Source: the human T2T-CHM13v2.0 reference genome, Homo sapiens. Taken from it: a DNA stretch of 64,000 nucleotides. Below, one piece after another: positions 1-14,949 of this stretch; the first letter of the stretch is position 1, and each line of letters begins with the position of its first letter. The stretch lies in the NCBI RefSeq assembly GCF_009914755.1, contig NC_060933.1; one strand, written 5' to 3'. The notes under the pieces are model-generated. The model saw only the letters and a list, made by a program, of their open reading frames with translations. It made no database searches and was not told where the DNA came from. A program made the translations under genes and the position numbers.

Positions 1-209
1 CCCTAGGTTATATTTGTAATGTAACAAAGAGTAATATTAAAAGCTAAATGATTAATAATGTTTATCCTAATGATTGATAATTGTCCATGATCATCTCTAT
101 ATCTAATTTGTATTATGACTGTTCTTATTCTAACTATTTTCTTTGTTATACTGAAACAGTTTGTGCCTTCAGTCTCTTGCCTCGGCACCTAGGTAATCCT
201 TTGCCCACA
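1..209 (-). mobile_element. 5' part of an ERVK-class LTR13A-like LTR, cut by the window edge
   Basis: The reverse complement begins TGTGGGCAAAGGATTACCTAGGTGCCGAGGCAAGAGACTGAAGGCACAAACTGTTTCAGTATAA, matching the recalled LTR13A start. It is visibly homologous to the end of the LTR13 at 56400-56601. Confidence 0.8.
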
Positions 210-270
210 TGGTGGGTCCAGGCTGCTCTCGAGGCACCCACTGTTAGAGATGGGGAAGGAAAGGGCTGGA

Positions 271-756
271 TGTGCTTCCTGGGGCTGCTGTAAAAGTTAC
301 CACAAACTGAACACTGCGCAGACTTACCACCTGACACTCATGCAGGTCAGAGGTCCAACATCTCTCGCCTGGCTGAAGTCAAGGTCTGGACAGGGCTGGT
401 CCCTCTGGACACTCTAGGGAGAGCCCGTTTCCTTGCCTTTTCCAGCTTCTAGAGGTCATGCACTCCTTGGCTCCAAGCCCCTCCTCCATCTTCAAAGCTG
501 AGATGTCGCATCTCTCGGTGCTTCCTGCAGCCGCATCTCCCCCGGCTCTCTCCTGTGCCTCCTCCACTCTTAAGGACCCTGTGACTGCATGGGACCCACC
601 TGTGGAATCCCAGATAATCCTCCTAGCCTATGGTCAGCTGATTAGCAACTTTAATTCCAACTACAACTGTCATCCCCGTGGCCGTGCAGCTGAGCACATC
701 CGTGGTGCTGGGGACTGGGATGTGGGCATCTTGGGGCTGTTCTTCCCCTACTGCAA
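271..756 (-). mobile_element. MaLR LTR, MLT1D-like
   Basis: MLT1 hallmarks: GGGCTGCTGTAAAAGTTACCACAAACTG, TTCCTTGCCTTTTCCAGCTTCTAGAGG, TCTTAAGGACCCTGTGA and TCAGCTGATTAGCAACTTTAATTCCA. Boundaries approximate. Confidence 0.7.
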
Positions 757-1379
757 AGGGTGATAAGCTATGGGGCGTGCATGGCCCAAGTCCCAGCCTC
801 CTGGAGCTCAGAGGGCCGGGGGAGATGAGGCTTGAACAGGGCCACACACATCAGTGTGGGATGGGCACTATGATGGCAGAGACCAGCACCGCTAGAGAGG
901 ACACCGGAGGCCCAGAGCCTCTCCAGGGAGCTGCCGCTGGAGCTCACAGTAAGGCAGGAGGGCGAAGGTCACGCCAAGAGTGGGCACAGCTCAGTGACCC
1001 TATGCGTTGTGATTTGCAAGCCATGGAGGAAGTCCCTGTTTTCCCAGCTGCAGTTGCCAGCAATGTGACCCCCAAATTGCATGGCCAGCCAGGCCTCTTC
1101 CCCGAGCTCTAGACCTGCCTGGGACCAGTGACCGAGCATGCCAGCACCTGATGCCGTCCTGCCCTCAGCTCTGCCTTCCTCCACCCCATGCTCCCTCCAT
1201 GAGATTCCACTGCGTGATGGGCTCTTCCAGCCACCATAGTACCCAAGCCACAGGGACCAGATTCATCAGTGTCTTTACTTCTCCTCCTCCTCACACTGGG
1301 CCATCCCAGCTGCAAAGGCAACCTTGAATCCCCCAGCCTCCAGGCCGCCCTCATCCCATCCTCACCATCTCAGCACTGG

Positions 1380-1740
1380 GATCTTTGCTCCGGGATCCCC
1401 CCCAAATCCATCTTCCAAAGTGCAGCCAAAGACCTCCCGTCCCCCAGGCCTTGGCCTGGCCTCCCTGCCTGAGCCTCCTCAGCCTCCTCAGCACCAGCTC
1501 TGCCCCTGCTGACCACAGCTCAGATGGGCTGATTTCCTTCTGTTACTTCAGTGCTCTGGGGTTGCTTTTCCCTCTGGCCTGTGGTGTCCCTTCAATGAGT
1601 AAGGGAGCAAGACTTGCTCCTCCCTCTGGTCTTGACTTGTGTGCCTCTTCTTCCAGGAAGCCTTCCTTGACTCCTACAACCACTGCAGCCCAGATGTGGC
1701 ACAAGCAGGGCTCAGGGGGGTGTAAGCAAGAAAATAAATT
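1380..1740 (+). mobile_element. Degraded L2 LINE 3' fragment
   Basis: L2-like phrases (CTTCTTCCAGGAAGCCTTCCTTGAC; TGTGGCACAAGCAGGGCTCAG...AAATAAAT). Boundaries approximate. Confidence 0.45.
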
Positions 1741-2507
1741 TGTATCTTTTAAAGAGCTGATGGTCCCTTTAAAATTCAGTGTGAAATTTCTTCTTCCACC
1801 CCAAATGAACCCTCAGGCTAGTCTGTGACTTCCTGTCATTCTTAGGTAATGAGACCCACCTTTCCCTACCTTGTTCAAAGAGAGCCTCGATAGTAAAAAT
1901 AGCTTTGATTTAGCATTAAATTAAATTAAAGTGTTAAACACGGATTTAACATTAAATGTTTCTCCTCCCCCCAACTTGGGGGCTGGTCTACGGGCACAGC
2001 CAGGGTGGGCAGCCTCTTCCCCCTGCTGGTTTCTGCCCCTTGGGGTTGGAGTCTAGGGAGAAGGCGGTAAAGTCCTCACTTGCCTGGTGCTGTCAAGAGT
2101 CAGGCCGCGGACTCTGTGATTGCCACATGCTCTGAGCTGACACATTTGCCTATGGCTGTGTCTATGCCTACATCCCTCTGTGCTCCCTCTTCCTGGACTT
2201 GCAGAACCCACCACCCCCCACAAGAGGAACTAGGACAGGGACTAGCTGAGCCCCAGGCACAGGGGCTGTGTCTGTTAAATGAATATATTAGTGCTTACAA
2301 AAAAACAGGATACCTTTTGTTCTTGGAAGGCAGAGCTCCCAGGGCAGCTGCTGTCTGCTCTCCATCTGGGTATGGGGACAAATTCCTCAAGTGTGACCGC
2401 ACCCACTCTGACATGACACGGCTCTGATGGCAAACTCTGGGGCCAGGGCCTAGCTCCGCCCCTCAGAGCAGAGTCCCCTCCCAGCCTCATGTGACCGCTT
2501 GGAGTGA

Positions 2508-2603
2508 GTCACACCTGCTCCCTCCTGTGTGGCGAGGGTGGGCTCTTGTCGGCCTGTCATACCTGCTCCCTCTTGTGCAGGGAGGGTGGGCTCCTGTTGG
2601 CCT
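2508..2603. repeat. 48-bp tandem duplication (2 copies)
   Basis: ACCTGCTCCCTC..GTG...GAGGGTGGGCTC.TGT.GGCCT starts at 2513 and again at 2561. Confidence 0.85.
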
Positions 2604-3284
2604 CTGGTCTTTCCTCCTTTTTCTCTGTGATGGAGCCAACAGGAGGCTTCAGGGAAGCACGTTCGAGGCTGCCGATGGGGTGGAGGCGGGTGTATTCCAT
2701 CCCTCCCTGCTGCCCCTCCAACTGTGCCCTGGCCCCAGCTTCCCATCTTCTTTATCCACGACATTCCCGCCAGACAACTCTAACCTCCAGCTCAGGTCTG
2801 AGCACGTCCATCCCCCGCCCCTGTTGGTGGCTTAAGAAACTGGCTGCAGAAGTGAGGATGGAGGCCATGGAGGCTGCTGAGTCATGGCCAGATCCCACTT
2901 TGGGGAGACTCAGCTCTAGAACTCGACGTCCCTGGCCTCTCTCCCCCTCCTGCTGGCCTCTGACCTTCCCACGTTTGCTGTCCCTGTTCCTGCATGAACT
3001 TCCCTCCTCCCTCCCTCAGAGCCTCCTCCCTTGGTTCCTGCGCTGGCAACCCTGGTGTTTGGAATTATTGGAATTAGCACCTCCTTCCTCTGACCACCCC
3101 TCTTCCCTGCCCTCTGCACTGCATTTGCCACAGTGACTGCGTGGTGAGCACATCCCGTCACCGCCATGTTCCCAGAGCCTCGAGCAAGGTGGGGCCCGGC
3201 CACTTAACTCCATGGGGTGGGGCAGGCCTGGTAGATGGAAAAAATCAGACCTAGAGAAACTGAGGACCTGACACTGTGGCTCTG

Positions 3285-3450
3285 GGACATCCAGCTGTGT
3301 GGCCTGGGGCGGGTCAGTTCGACGCGCTGAGCCTTGGTTTCCTCATCAGTCAAAGGGGCTAATAAGTGATGTTGTGAGGTGGTTGTGATGACTGGGGGGT
3401 CACGCATGGACTGTGGGGAGCCCTGAGCCTGGTGTGTACCAGCGCTGGTG
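3285..3450 (+). mobile_element. MIR SINE
   Basis: MIR core CAGCTGTGTGGCCTGGGGC...GAGCCTTGGTTTCCTCATC...GGTTGTGATGA. Confidence 0.6.
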
Positions 3451-3796
3451 CTCATGACCACACCACCCCCACTTTAGGGAAGGGAGGGCAGCTGGTGTTC
3501 AATCCCCACCCCTCTGCACCCCAGCAGGGACGCAGGCAGGACACCATCAGCTGAGCCTGTGTCTCCTCCTGTACAGTGGGGACAGCAACACCAGTCACTC
3601 CAGGCTCTTTGTATGGGAGACAGGGGCTGTAAAATTTCTAGCTCAGGGCCGAACACCTAAAAGAGATGCAGTAACCGGCTGTGGAGATGACATTGCTAAC
3701 TGCTCAATAGAAATATGGCCTGAATGGATTTTCTCTTCATCACGCTGCTTCTGTGCAGAAGACCTGGAAAGGAGCTAACATATATCTTATTTACAT

Positions 3797-4000
3797 ATAT
3801 GTGTGTGCACACACACAGGCACATGGCTGTGCAGAGGGCCTGGAGAGCAGCTAGTGTGCTGTCTCACTAACACGCATGCACACATGAACCGACATGGCCA
3901 GACACACACACAAACACACATGTGCACACGTACACACCTGCATACATGCACACATAAGCAGTCACGTGCACACATGCACACACTCACACGCACACACAAC
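3797..4000. repeat. Degenerate (CA)n/CACATG low-complexity tract
   Basis: Alternating purine-pyrimidine runs such as CACACACA and CACATG. Confidence 0.8.
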
Positions 4001-4869
4001 GTGCAGAGAGGAGGTGCTTTGAGAGAGGTCAAGGGCCGGCAGTGGTTGCTGGCTCAGGAGGGCTGTGGCTGACCCAGGGAGAGAAGATGGATGGGCCATG
4101 CGTTGAGGCCTCTGTCCCCAGCTGTACATTTGCCTGAAACTGCAGGGGCAGCAATTTTCTTTCCAGCCAGTTTGATGTCGGTTTCTTTCAGGGCTGAGCT
4201 AAGCGTTCTCAATGGGGAAGAGTAGCAGCTGAGGGGCCTTTTCCCTGGAAAGGTCAGAGAAATCCCATGGCAAGAGAAGCCCTGGGCTGGGTGAGGGGCT
4301 GGGGCTATGCATGCTTTGTAAGGCTTAGGGGACATCCCACGTGAGAATAGACATTGGAGCAGGTCAGGAGCTCAACTGTAGAGGTGTAGGACTCAAAGGG
4401 GAAGGGGCCGGAGCTTGTTGAAGTTGCAGATTCCTGCCTCCTTCCTTCAGGGATTGTGATGAAGGGAGCCTGGGCAGGACCCAGGAATCTATTTCCACAG
4501 CCTCCCCAGGTCATCCTGATGCAGGTAGCTCCAAGTCCAACAGGCTGATAGGATATTCTTCGTGAACTGCAAAGCCAAAATCAAGTCTGCTTTTTTTCTG
4601 TGATGGAGATTAGGCTTCCTTGAAACTCTGCAGTGAATTCTGCCACTCAAAGCTAAGCATTGCTATCTCGTATCCTTCTGTCTGTGAAAAGAACTGGTCC
4701 AGGCAACTGTCAAGAGGAGCAGTTCAGTTTTCACATCCATTTCCCAAGGCCTCGTCCTGCACAGGACCAAGAGGGCGGTCTAAATGTATTCCTTCATTAG
4801 AGGCTCCAGTGAGATGGGGGACCAGGTCGAGGTGGAATTCAGCTGTGTGTCACAGAAGCCTGACCACGG

Positions 4870-5195
4870 GGGCTTGTCCAGATTCAGATTTATTTTTCCA
4901 CAGAACAATAAGTCCAGAGGCCTGCCATCATGCCCACTGTGGTGACTCCAGAGGAACAATATGGATGCAGGCTCCTTCATCGTCCCACTCTCAGCCTCAT
5001 GGCCACAGAACAGCTGCAGTGCCCCGGACATCATTCACATTCTAGGCTGTTGGAAGGGGAAAGGGTAAAAGACAAAAGATGTGAGCAGCTGAGTCTGCTT
5101 CCTCTAATGAAGAAACCAGCAGCTTCCAGGAGCCCCCCACAGTGGACTTTTGCTTACATCTCATCACTGGAACTGGGTCCCATGGGCAGTCCCTG
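4870..5195 (-). mobile_element. Old MaLR LTR fragment (MLT1K/L-like)
   Basis: AACAATAAGTCCAGAGG, CCTCATGGCCACAGAACAGCTGC and GACTTTTGCTTACATCTCAT...GAACTGGGTCCCATGG resemble old MLT1 subfamilies. Confidence 0.5.
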
Positions 5196-5413
5196 CGTCA
5201 GTGCTGTGTAGATCTGAACACTGGCAGCCAGGCCTGCTGCATCAAACTGTTGCTGCCAAGGAAAAATGATAGGAGAGATACTGGGTGCATGCCTGCCATG
5301 CTGTTCCCAGGGGACAGCCTCCTCCTCACGTCACAGGATGGAACACAGATCATTAGGGTCTGCATTTGGCTGACATGCAGGCGTTTTCTTCTGGCAAAGA
5401 AAATCTGACTTCC

Positions 5414-5794
<381 letters not shown>

Positions 5795-6842
5795 TCATCC
5801 TCCCGAAATTGCTTTATCAACAGCGTGGAAGGGAGCAGGAATAGGTACCTCGGTCATGCACAGGGAACACTTAGCACGGGCCTGGCACGGGGCGTCCGAT
5901 GATGACTGTAGCTGGCATTCTGTTGCACACATCAGAGAGCTGCATTTACTTCTGTGTTGGATGAATCCACCGCTGCAGAAGCTCCCAGTGCCACCAGGTC
6001 CCCCCAGAGACAACGCATCTTCTCCCCAGCTTTGGATGGGACTTACCTATCTTGGAAAAATATGCAGTTTTCATTCCTTGGCAATAACCAGATTTTGGAC
6101 TTCCACAAGCTGCATGCGGAAGTGAAAACTGGATTAAAAGGAGTAGGGACAGAGGTCTCCAGAAACTTAGGAAAGGTCTCAAGTTTCATTAGCACTGCCT
6201 GGCAAGCTCAGCATTTTCTCCTCCACTGCGGGCCTCTGGTTTGCAGCCTGGTGGTCAGTAAGGTGTGAGCATGGGATGATTCTCCCGCCTACGCAGTGCT
6301 CTGACCATGCTTCCTCAGGTGCTGGCAGGGCCCTGGAAAGGCAAAAGCAGCAGCAACGCCCAGAGGCCAGAAGTCCGAGAGCCCGCGCCTCAGTGGGATC
6401 TGTCCATGGTGCTGACCTCCCAAGCTGCCTCAAGGTCTTAGCTCCAAGAGGCCAAGAATTTCCCATCTTCTCCAGCTCTATCCACGTGACGGCGTGACCC
6501 CACTCTCCGAGTTGATGAGGCCTGTGGGGCAGAGCCCAAGCTGGATGGAAGGGAACGAGCTAATCAATTAGGAATGTCTGTGAAGAGCGAGCGGGAGGAC
6601 GTGAGAACAGCCTCCCACGTGGCTCCAAGTCCGCCGTTCCTCTTCCAAGGCTTTCAGGCAGAAGAGCTGGGGTCCTATCTTTGCTTCCATTTTCAAAGAG
6701 GGAGACTCTAGAAATAGCTCCTTTAGAGGGTCAGAGCTCAAATCCAATTTAAAGCCCACTCTAGTATTTGAGATGAGAGAGAGTGTTGTTATGTTAGTCT
6801 CTCCTCCCAAATGGCCCTGTTGGAGATTTTTTACTACTTCAC

Positions 6843-6930
6843 TCCTCCCTCCCTCTCTTCCTTCCTTCCTTCCTTCCTTCCTTCCTTCCTTCCTTCCTTC
6901 CTTCCTTCCTCCCTCCCTCCCTCCTCCATT
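6843..6930. repeat. (CTTC)n/(CCTC)n microsatellite
   Basis: Direct reading of tetranucleotide repeats. Confidence 0.95.
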
Positions 6931-7029
6931 CTTTCCTTTTCTTTTGTCTTTCTGTATCTTCATAACAGGATGCTTCATAAAAATTTCATGGGCACCCACT
7001 GCTTCTCCAGCATGAGTCTGTGCTAGGCT

Positions 7030-7225
7030 CATGCTGAATGCTCCCCATGCACTATCTCATGTAATCCACAGCAACCCTGGAAGCCACTATTATTACCTCC
7101 CCATTTCATGGATCAGGGAGTGTAAGTCCCGGCTCAAGACTGCAGAGCCGATGGGTAGCAGAGCCAGGGTTCAAACCTAAAACTCCATGACAGCAAAGTC
7201 TGAGCTTATATCCATCTTGCCATAA
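7030..7225 (-). mobile_element. MIR SINE
   Basis: TCTCATGTAATCCACAGCAACCCTG...TATTATTACCTCCCCATTTCA...AGCAGAGCCAGGGTTCAAACC. Confidence 0.65.
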
Positions 7226-7525
<300 letters not shown>

Positions 7526-7562
7526 AACATTTTTTAAGTTCCAAAATGCTAATTGGAAAATG

Positions 7563-7598
7563 AAAAAAAAAAGAAGAAGAAGAAGAAGAAGAAGAGAA
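7563..7598. repeat. A-run followed by (GAA)n
   Basis: Direct reading. Confidence 0.9.
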
Positions 7599-10500
7599 AT
7601 CAGCTATGTTATTTCATGGAAAGAGAAACTTAATTAGAAATGTGATCTGTCAAAAAGTTTTCCGGTATGTCTGGAATACTGCCCGAAGCTCAGGGAGAGG
7701 TGGTGAGATGGGGCTGGAGAGATTATCTGGAGCTGGAGCCCCAGGCAGTTTTGTTTGTTCTCGAGGTTCAAGCAAGACCTGCGTGCAGAGCCACTATCTT
7801 CTGGGAGCGGAAGTGGAGTTATTAATGTCCTCTGGTCCTGGAATTGAGACTGATGCATGCAGGGTGACTTGTCCTCTGAGTAAACGTGTCCCATCTCACC
7901 TGGAGAATGAGCCTGAATAGGGTGATATGACTGAGGAGAAGATCTGAGATGGATCTTTGTGAAAAGCAGGGACAATTGGGAAAATCTGAGGCTAATTAGC
8001 CCTTCCCAGCCTCAGGCTGCAGGTCCGGAGTTACACATGAAGGCACATCGGGTTGGCAGGCTGGAGAACCACAGGCATGTTTTTACACAGCTGAGAGGGG
8101 TTGGAGCCTCCCAGTGCTCTGGAAATAGCCGTTTCCCCTGTTCATTCATCTTAGGAGGCCAGAGCCTGAGGGTGAAAGAGTTCCATCCCCAAGGCTGGCC
8201 TCTCCTGCCCATAGCCAGAGCCATGAGACACGGGTACTCCACAAGCTCTGGGACTTGGGTCTTCATGTATGTACTCCTCCTTGGGAGTGGGGAGATGGTG
8301 AAAGTTTGTGTTAAATTTGCTCCAGATGTCCTTAGGCAGCCAGACTTCTGCAAGGAGCTTGTTCAAAATCCCAAGGATGAAAAACTGCTGTCTCTCCAGG
8401 CAAGATGCACATTCTTCACCATGACGATTCACAGAATCCCACTAGACACCAAGAAACTCTGCTAATGCTGACTCAGCGAAGGGGCAGGCTCTGCCACAGC
8501 TGGTGCCACTAAGTCCTAGGGTACGAGAGTCTGTGCAAACAGGCTGCATCCCCTGGCTCCACTAAGCCGAATACAGACAGAGGCTCTGCGCACTCGCCCC
8601 ATCCAGCAGAGGATGCCCATGGCGATCATTTTAGTGCTTATCATGGAGGGCAGGCTGATGGGTCAGCGTGGCCATCACAGCTTCAGGGAGATGTTCAAAA
8701 AGGCTGGAGCCAAGTGGGCAGGGGATGGGGAAAGGAGGGGCTGTCTGGAGTGAGACAGATGTGCTATGAACCTTGTCACTGCTGCTGGCTGTTGGAGTGA
8801 CCTTGGACAATTCCCTTGTATTAGCTGAGTCTCTGAATTTTGCCTGTAAATACAGAGCGCCCACTTAGAGGGGGAATTGGGGTTCACTGAGTTTGTATAG
8901 CACCTGGTCCATGTGAAATGTCCCCTCCCCTCCTGGGGTCTCTCCCTGGGTAGGAGGGAAGCTGATTACAATGGTGATGGCTGACTGTTACCCAGCACAG
9001 GTGCAAGCCCCAGGCCCTTCACCTGGATGGCCTCACCCTGACCTTTCACCCACTCAATGAGGGAGGTGCCCTTGTTAGCCCCATTTTATAGATGGGGAAA
9101 CTGAAGCCCCAAGGGACTAAGAGAACATCCTTTCTGGTCATTTCCATGCCCTCAGGACCCCACCCTGCTTCTTCCAGAGTAGCTCTACTCTCCTCTGCTT
9201 CAGATCAGTCTGGAGAAAAAGAAATTTCTGCCACTAACAAAGCTGGAGAACCACTGAGCTCCAAACGCCTCCATTTTAAAGGCAGGGAAATTGAGGCACA
9301 GAAAGATGGGGGATTCAGCCAAATTGTACAGGGACATAGGATAAGACTTGACAATTCCCGAAGACCTGTGGGACTGGAAAGCCCAGCTGGTCTTTGGGTG
9401 TTCAGCTGTCTGATGGCCACTGGGACCTGGAGCCCAGGGTGCCTCTTTGCAGGGCCAATGCTGGCAAGGAAGGAAGGCGTGTGTGTAAGATACGTGTGCA
9501 TGGGGGGACGACTGGCTGTCAAAATCATTCACGGAAAACACCCACTGGCTTCCCCGCCTCCCACACCTTCATTCCAGGTCCCTTCGTCAGACATCCCTGT
9601 ATCTGCAGATTGTCCTCCATCAATGAACACAGAGCCAGGGCAGGCACTGCCCAGCTCTCAAGGACATCACAGTCTGGTGCGGAAAACAGATCTGTACCCA
9701 GATACTCATCTGCAAGTGACACCACACGCCAGGCCCTGTGCAAAGCGCTGGCTCCACTTTAGGAAGGCGCTGTCCGTGTTCCGATTTTACTGAGGGGGGA
9801 AAGGAGGCTTGGAGATTAAGTAGCCAGCCAAAAGTCCTGCAATTAGTAGATGGCAAAGCTGAGCTTCAGAGGTGGTGATCCAGGCCTCCCTCTCCACGCA
9901 TGTGGGGCTACAGTCTTCAGATACTGGAGGCAGGAGGACAGAGCTGCCAGCACGGAAAGGAGGGACACCAGCAGCTGGGCCTTCTGAGTGATTGCCACCC
10001 CCATGGCTGGGAGGCAGAGCCCAGCGGCCTCACTGCCTTGAAGAATCAGAGACCAGGGTTCTGAGAGACCAAGGTGGCTGGGGTTTGCAGAGCAAAGTAC
10101 CAGGGAGCAGGGTGACGCACCGACAGAGGTCCCAGGGCTTGCAGGAGGGCTTCAACCCGCTGGCAGTGCTCCTATCTGCACATGTCTATATGAAACTGCA
10201 CACACCTGGACAGAACCCCTGGAAAGCAGGAAGCCAGACAACTCCCAGAACTCACATGGTCTGGGAATAGCTCAGATTCTCCCAGCCAAGTAGGATGCAG
10301 CGGCAGGTAGCAGCCTTAGGAAGGTAGCACCCCAGTCCCAGACTAAAGGCTGCTCCCTACCTACCCTAAAAACATGTAAAGAAAGACTTGAAAGGGGCAG
10401 ACGGACGCCGAGTAACTTCACTGAGAATCAAGAGAAAGTCCCACACTCTTTAAAGGATGAAAACAAAGTTTGTAATTGTCAACATCCCATCAAAAATTAC

Positions 10501-11067
10501 TTGGCAACAAAGAAGCAAGAAAATATAACCCAACACCAGGAGAAAAATCAACCAACAGAAGCGGACCCCACAATAACACAGATGATCAAATCAGCGGAGA
10601 AAGACATAAAAATAGCTACTATAAATAGCTTCGTATGTCCAAGAATATAGAGGAGAATGTGGAGATAATGAGGAGAGAGGTGAGAGGTAAAGACCCATGG
10701 GGATGAAAAATACACTAGCTGCCATAAGATACAATAGAGGAGGTTATCAGCCAATTAGATGGTACAGAAAAGAGAAGGTCAGTGAACTGAAAAATGTCAC
10801 TTGAAGACGCTGTCCAGCTGAAGCACACAGAGGAAAAAGACAGGATAAAAAAGCACACGGGTGTGAGCTGTGCGATCCCACACAGTGACGGAACACACTG
10901 GATTCAGGGTCTCAAAAGGAGGAAAGTAGGGAAAAAATATTTGAAGAAATAATCGCTGAAAATTCTCTACATCTGAAGAAAATGATAAAACCCAAAGATC
11001 TAAAGATCTCAATGAAGCTTTAGAGGTACATACACAAAGGAAATCAAACCAAAGCATGTCGTAATCA

Positions 11068-11418
<351 letters not shown>

Positions 11419-11874
11419 CTAACAGCCAGAGACACTAAAAAGGCTAAAAGCAGCCAGAGATAAACAAAGGAACACGAATAGGAAGGACATCAGACTTCTC
11501 ACCAAAACTCATGCAGGCCGGGAGAGCGTGAAGCAGCATCTTCCAAACACATAAATGGGGGGAAAGCTGCCAACCTAAGATTCCATACCAGAGAAAATAT
11601 TTTTCAATAAAGAAGGTGCAGGAAACATTTCTTAGACATATAGAATAGGAAAACTATTGCCAAAAATGTGAAAGAAAATTCTTTAGGCAGAAAAAAAAAA
11701 ATGATGCTAAATGGAAATTTGAATCTGCACTAAGGATTGAGGAGAGCCAGACAGGATCACTCTGTGGGAAGTTATGTTTTTCTCATTGCTTTGCTCTCTC
11801 TGAAATACAATTGTCTGTTTATAGCAAACTTATTAAAAGCTTAGGGCGGGGTTTATAGCACAGGGAAGTGAAAT

Positions 11875-12555
11875 GATCACAGTGGTAATATCAAGGATGG
11901 TGTGGGAGGGGTGGGGGGAATGGGCACAGGTGCCTCAGCCCGACCCTCATTAGGTCACAGTGATAACACCAAGGACGGGGGTGGAGATGGACACAGGTGC
12001 CTCAGCCCAACCCTCACGTGATCACAGTGGTAACACCAAGGACGGGAGGGGAGATGGGCACAGGTGCCTCAGCCCGACCCTCATTAGGTCACAGTGATAA
12101 CACCAAGGACAGAGGGGGAGATGGGCACAGGTGCCTCAGCCCGACCCTCATTAGGTCACAGTGGTAACACCAAGGACAGAGGGGGAGATGGGCACAGGTG
12201 CCATGATCCGACCCTCATGAGATCACAGTGGTAACACCAAGGACAGTGGGGGAGATGGGCACAGGCGCTGCGGCCCGACCCTCATGAGATCACAGTGGTA
12301 ACACCAAGGACAGAGGGGGAGATGGGCACAGGTGCCATGATCCGACCCTCATGAGATCACAGTGGTAACACCAAGGAGAGTGGGGGAGATGGGCACAGGC
12401 GCTGCGGCCCGACCCTCATGAGATCACAGCGGTAACACCAAGGACAGAGGGGGCGATGGGCACAGGTGCCATGATCCGACCCTCATGAGATCACAGTGGT
12501 AACACCAAGGACAGAGGGGGAGATGGGCACAGGCACTGCGGCCCGATCCTCATGA
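11875..12555. repeat. 67-bp minisatellite (VNTR), about 10 units
   Basis: Units start at 11875 (degenerate, 78 bp), 11953, 12020, 12087, 12154, 12221, 12288, 12355, 12422 and 12489. Consensus about GATCACAGTGGTAACACCAAGGACAGAGGGGGAGATGGGCACAGG...CCGACCCTCATGA. Confidence 0.95.
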
Positions 12556-12610
12556 GAAGTGGCGCAGTGTTACGTGAAGGACGACTATGTGTGGTGAGTT
12601 AAAAATGTAA

Positions 12611-13139
<529 letters not shown>

Positions 13140-13191
13140 AGGAAAGGCTGTTTAAAGGGGACGTTTGAATGGTGTCAGAAAAGTGAGTCAT

Positions 13192-13395
13192 TTTCTGTTT
13201 TATGCACCTAGCTAGTGAGGGATTTCCTACTGATTCATGCTTAAGATTTTCAAACTGGACCAAGAGATCCTCCCTCAAGAACCCCTCCAGAGGCTCCCTT
13301 CCTCCCAACGAGCCCAGGTCCACAGGCACACACAACCAAGAGATATGATAGGTCAGTTCTTTTGAGTAAAAATTCGCCAAACGCGAGAGGTCTCC
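13192..13395. repeat. Inverted duplication 1, left arm (204 bp)
   Basis: Its reverse complement aligns without gaps to 16522-16725 with 10 mismatches by manual alignment (~95%). Confidence 0.95.
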
Positions 13396-14949
13396 TTCAG
13401 GAGGGCCCCTTGCAGCCCAGGCCCAGAGTCTTTTGGAGCCCCCAGAAATAGCAGCATCCAAAGAGAGACACAAGAGCCAGATGCCTGCGAGAGGGGCACG
13501 GGGGAATTGAGGTGGCCAATGCCTGCGGAAGGGAGGGGATCTCTCTAGCAAACTCCACATCCTTGGTGTTTCTAGTGCTTTCTGCAAGGTGTCGTCTCTG
13601 TTCCAGGATGTGGCTCTGACAGGCTCCTCGTGGAGCAGAGATAACCAGCTCTCACAAGTCTTCATCCTCCTGCCGCCGGGACCTTGGGGGTGAGCAGCCT
13701 GCCTGCTGAGGGCTTACACTCAGGAGGGGCACTGGCAGCAGGGAGAAGGGTCAGTCTCAAGAAATGTGGAAGCAAAAACTGGGCAGCTTTGGCCCCGGCA
13801 GATGCTCCAAAAGGGACAGAACAGGGAGCTTGATGGGGCATGATGGGCGGGGTCATTTCGGATGGGGGCCCTGGGAGGTTCTCACAGCCGCATGTGACTG
13901 TGGTTCTGCTGATGACGTCGCCTGCAAGGAGCCCATTGCTCTGTGGTCCATGGGTCGGGCAGCGGCCTCCATCCTTCCCATCCACCACTGGACAGAACTG
14001 GGGCCCCTGGGTCGGGGGCAATGCAGGGTTCACTCAGTGTCCCAGAGCAGGCTGACCCCCCTCCCTCCACAGGCAGAGGAACAAGGGCTGTCTGGGCCGA
14101 TGAGGGGGCTGGGGGGTGGCATGTTTTGTGCTAAGTCACTCTGCAGAGGGCAGCTGTCAGTCCCGCTGAGTCCAGCTGGATCTTTGGCTGACCCCACCCC
14201 AAGCCGAGGGAGATATTTGCCTACTGGACAGAAGAGTCGGTCCCATGTCAGCCCAGGGCAGTGGAGTGTAGGAGAAATGCTTCTTAATAAGTGAAGACCT
14301 GGTGGAATTGTCTCTCCTGCAGGGTCAGAACAGAGCAGGAGCTGCGGGAGATCAAGGTGCCCACTGGTTCCAGATTTTGTCATGCCGGTAAGCATTATTA
14401 ATTTCACATCTCAGAGCCTATTGAAAAACCGGAAGTGCAGCGTTCATGCTCAGCAAAAATCTTTTCCCATGCATAGCATTCCTTAGAAAAGGCAAGTTTC
14501 GGACGAAGGAAAAGGCCACACGTGGACACAAGGTTCTCTGTTTATCATGAACGACCGAGAAGACGGGAGCAAGAATGGTTCTGTGGGTTTGGAAATCGAT
14601 GGTTCTGTTTGTGAAGAAGTAGGAAAATTGCCTGTTACCCTAAGAAGTCTACGGGCCGTGGTCAGAGCTTTAGGCTCCTGATTCCCCACTCGGGTTGAGG
14701 TCACCGCTCACCTCTGCAGGTGCAGGCAGGAGAGAGGCAGTGAGTGGGTACAACCGGGCTGTGAATTTGCTGAGGGAGGCATTATAATGACGGCTCACAA
14801 ATCCAGGCTGGGACCACATCAAGGATTATGGCGGGAGTGGGGTTGAGAGCTGAGCTAGGTGCTTAATTACCGAGGAGGGCAATGTGTGTTCCCTCCCCTT
14901 CCCCCCAGACAGCAGGGACAGAGGCGTGAGCCAGCATCACCCCCTCTTG

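Noticed and set aside
11875-12555. CRISPR-like regular repeats (also 27027-27670 and 50535-50831)
   Set aside because: Units are contiguous with no unique spacers, the context is primate DNA, and there are no cas genes.
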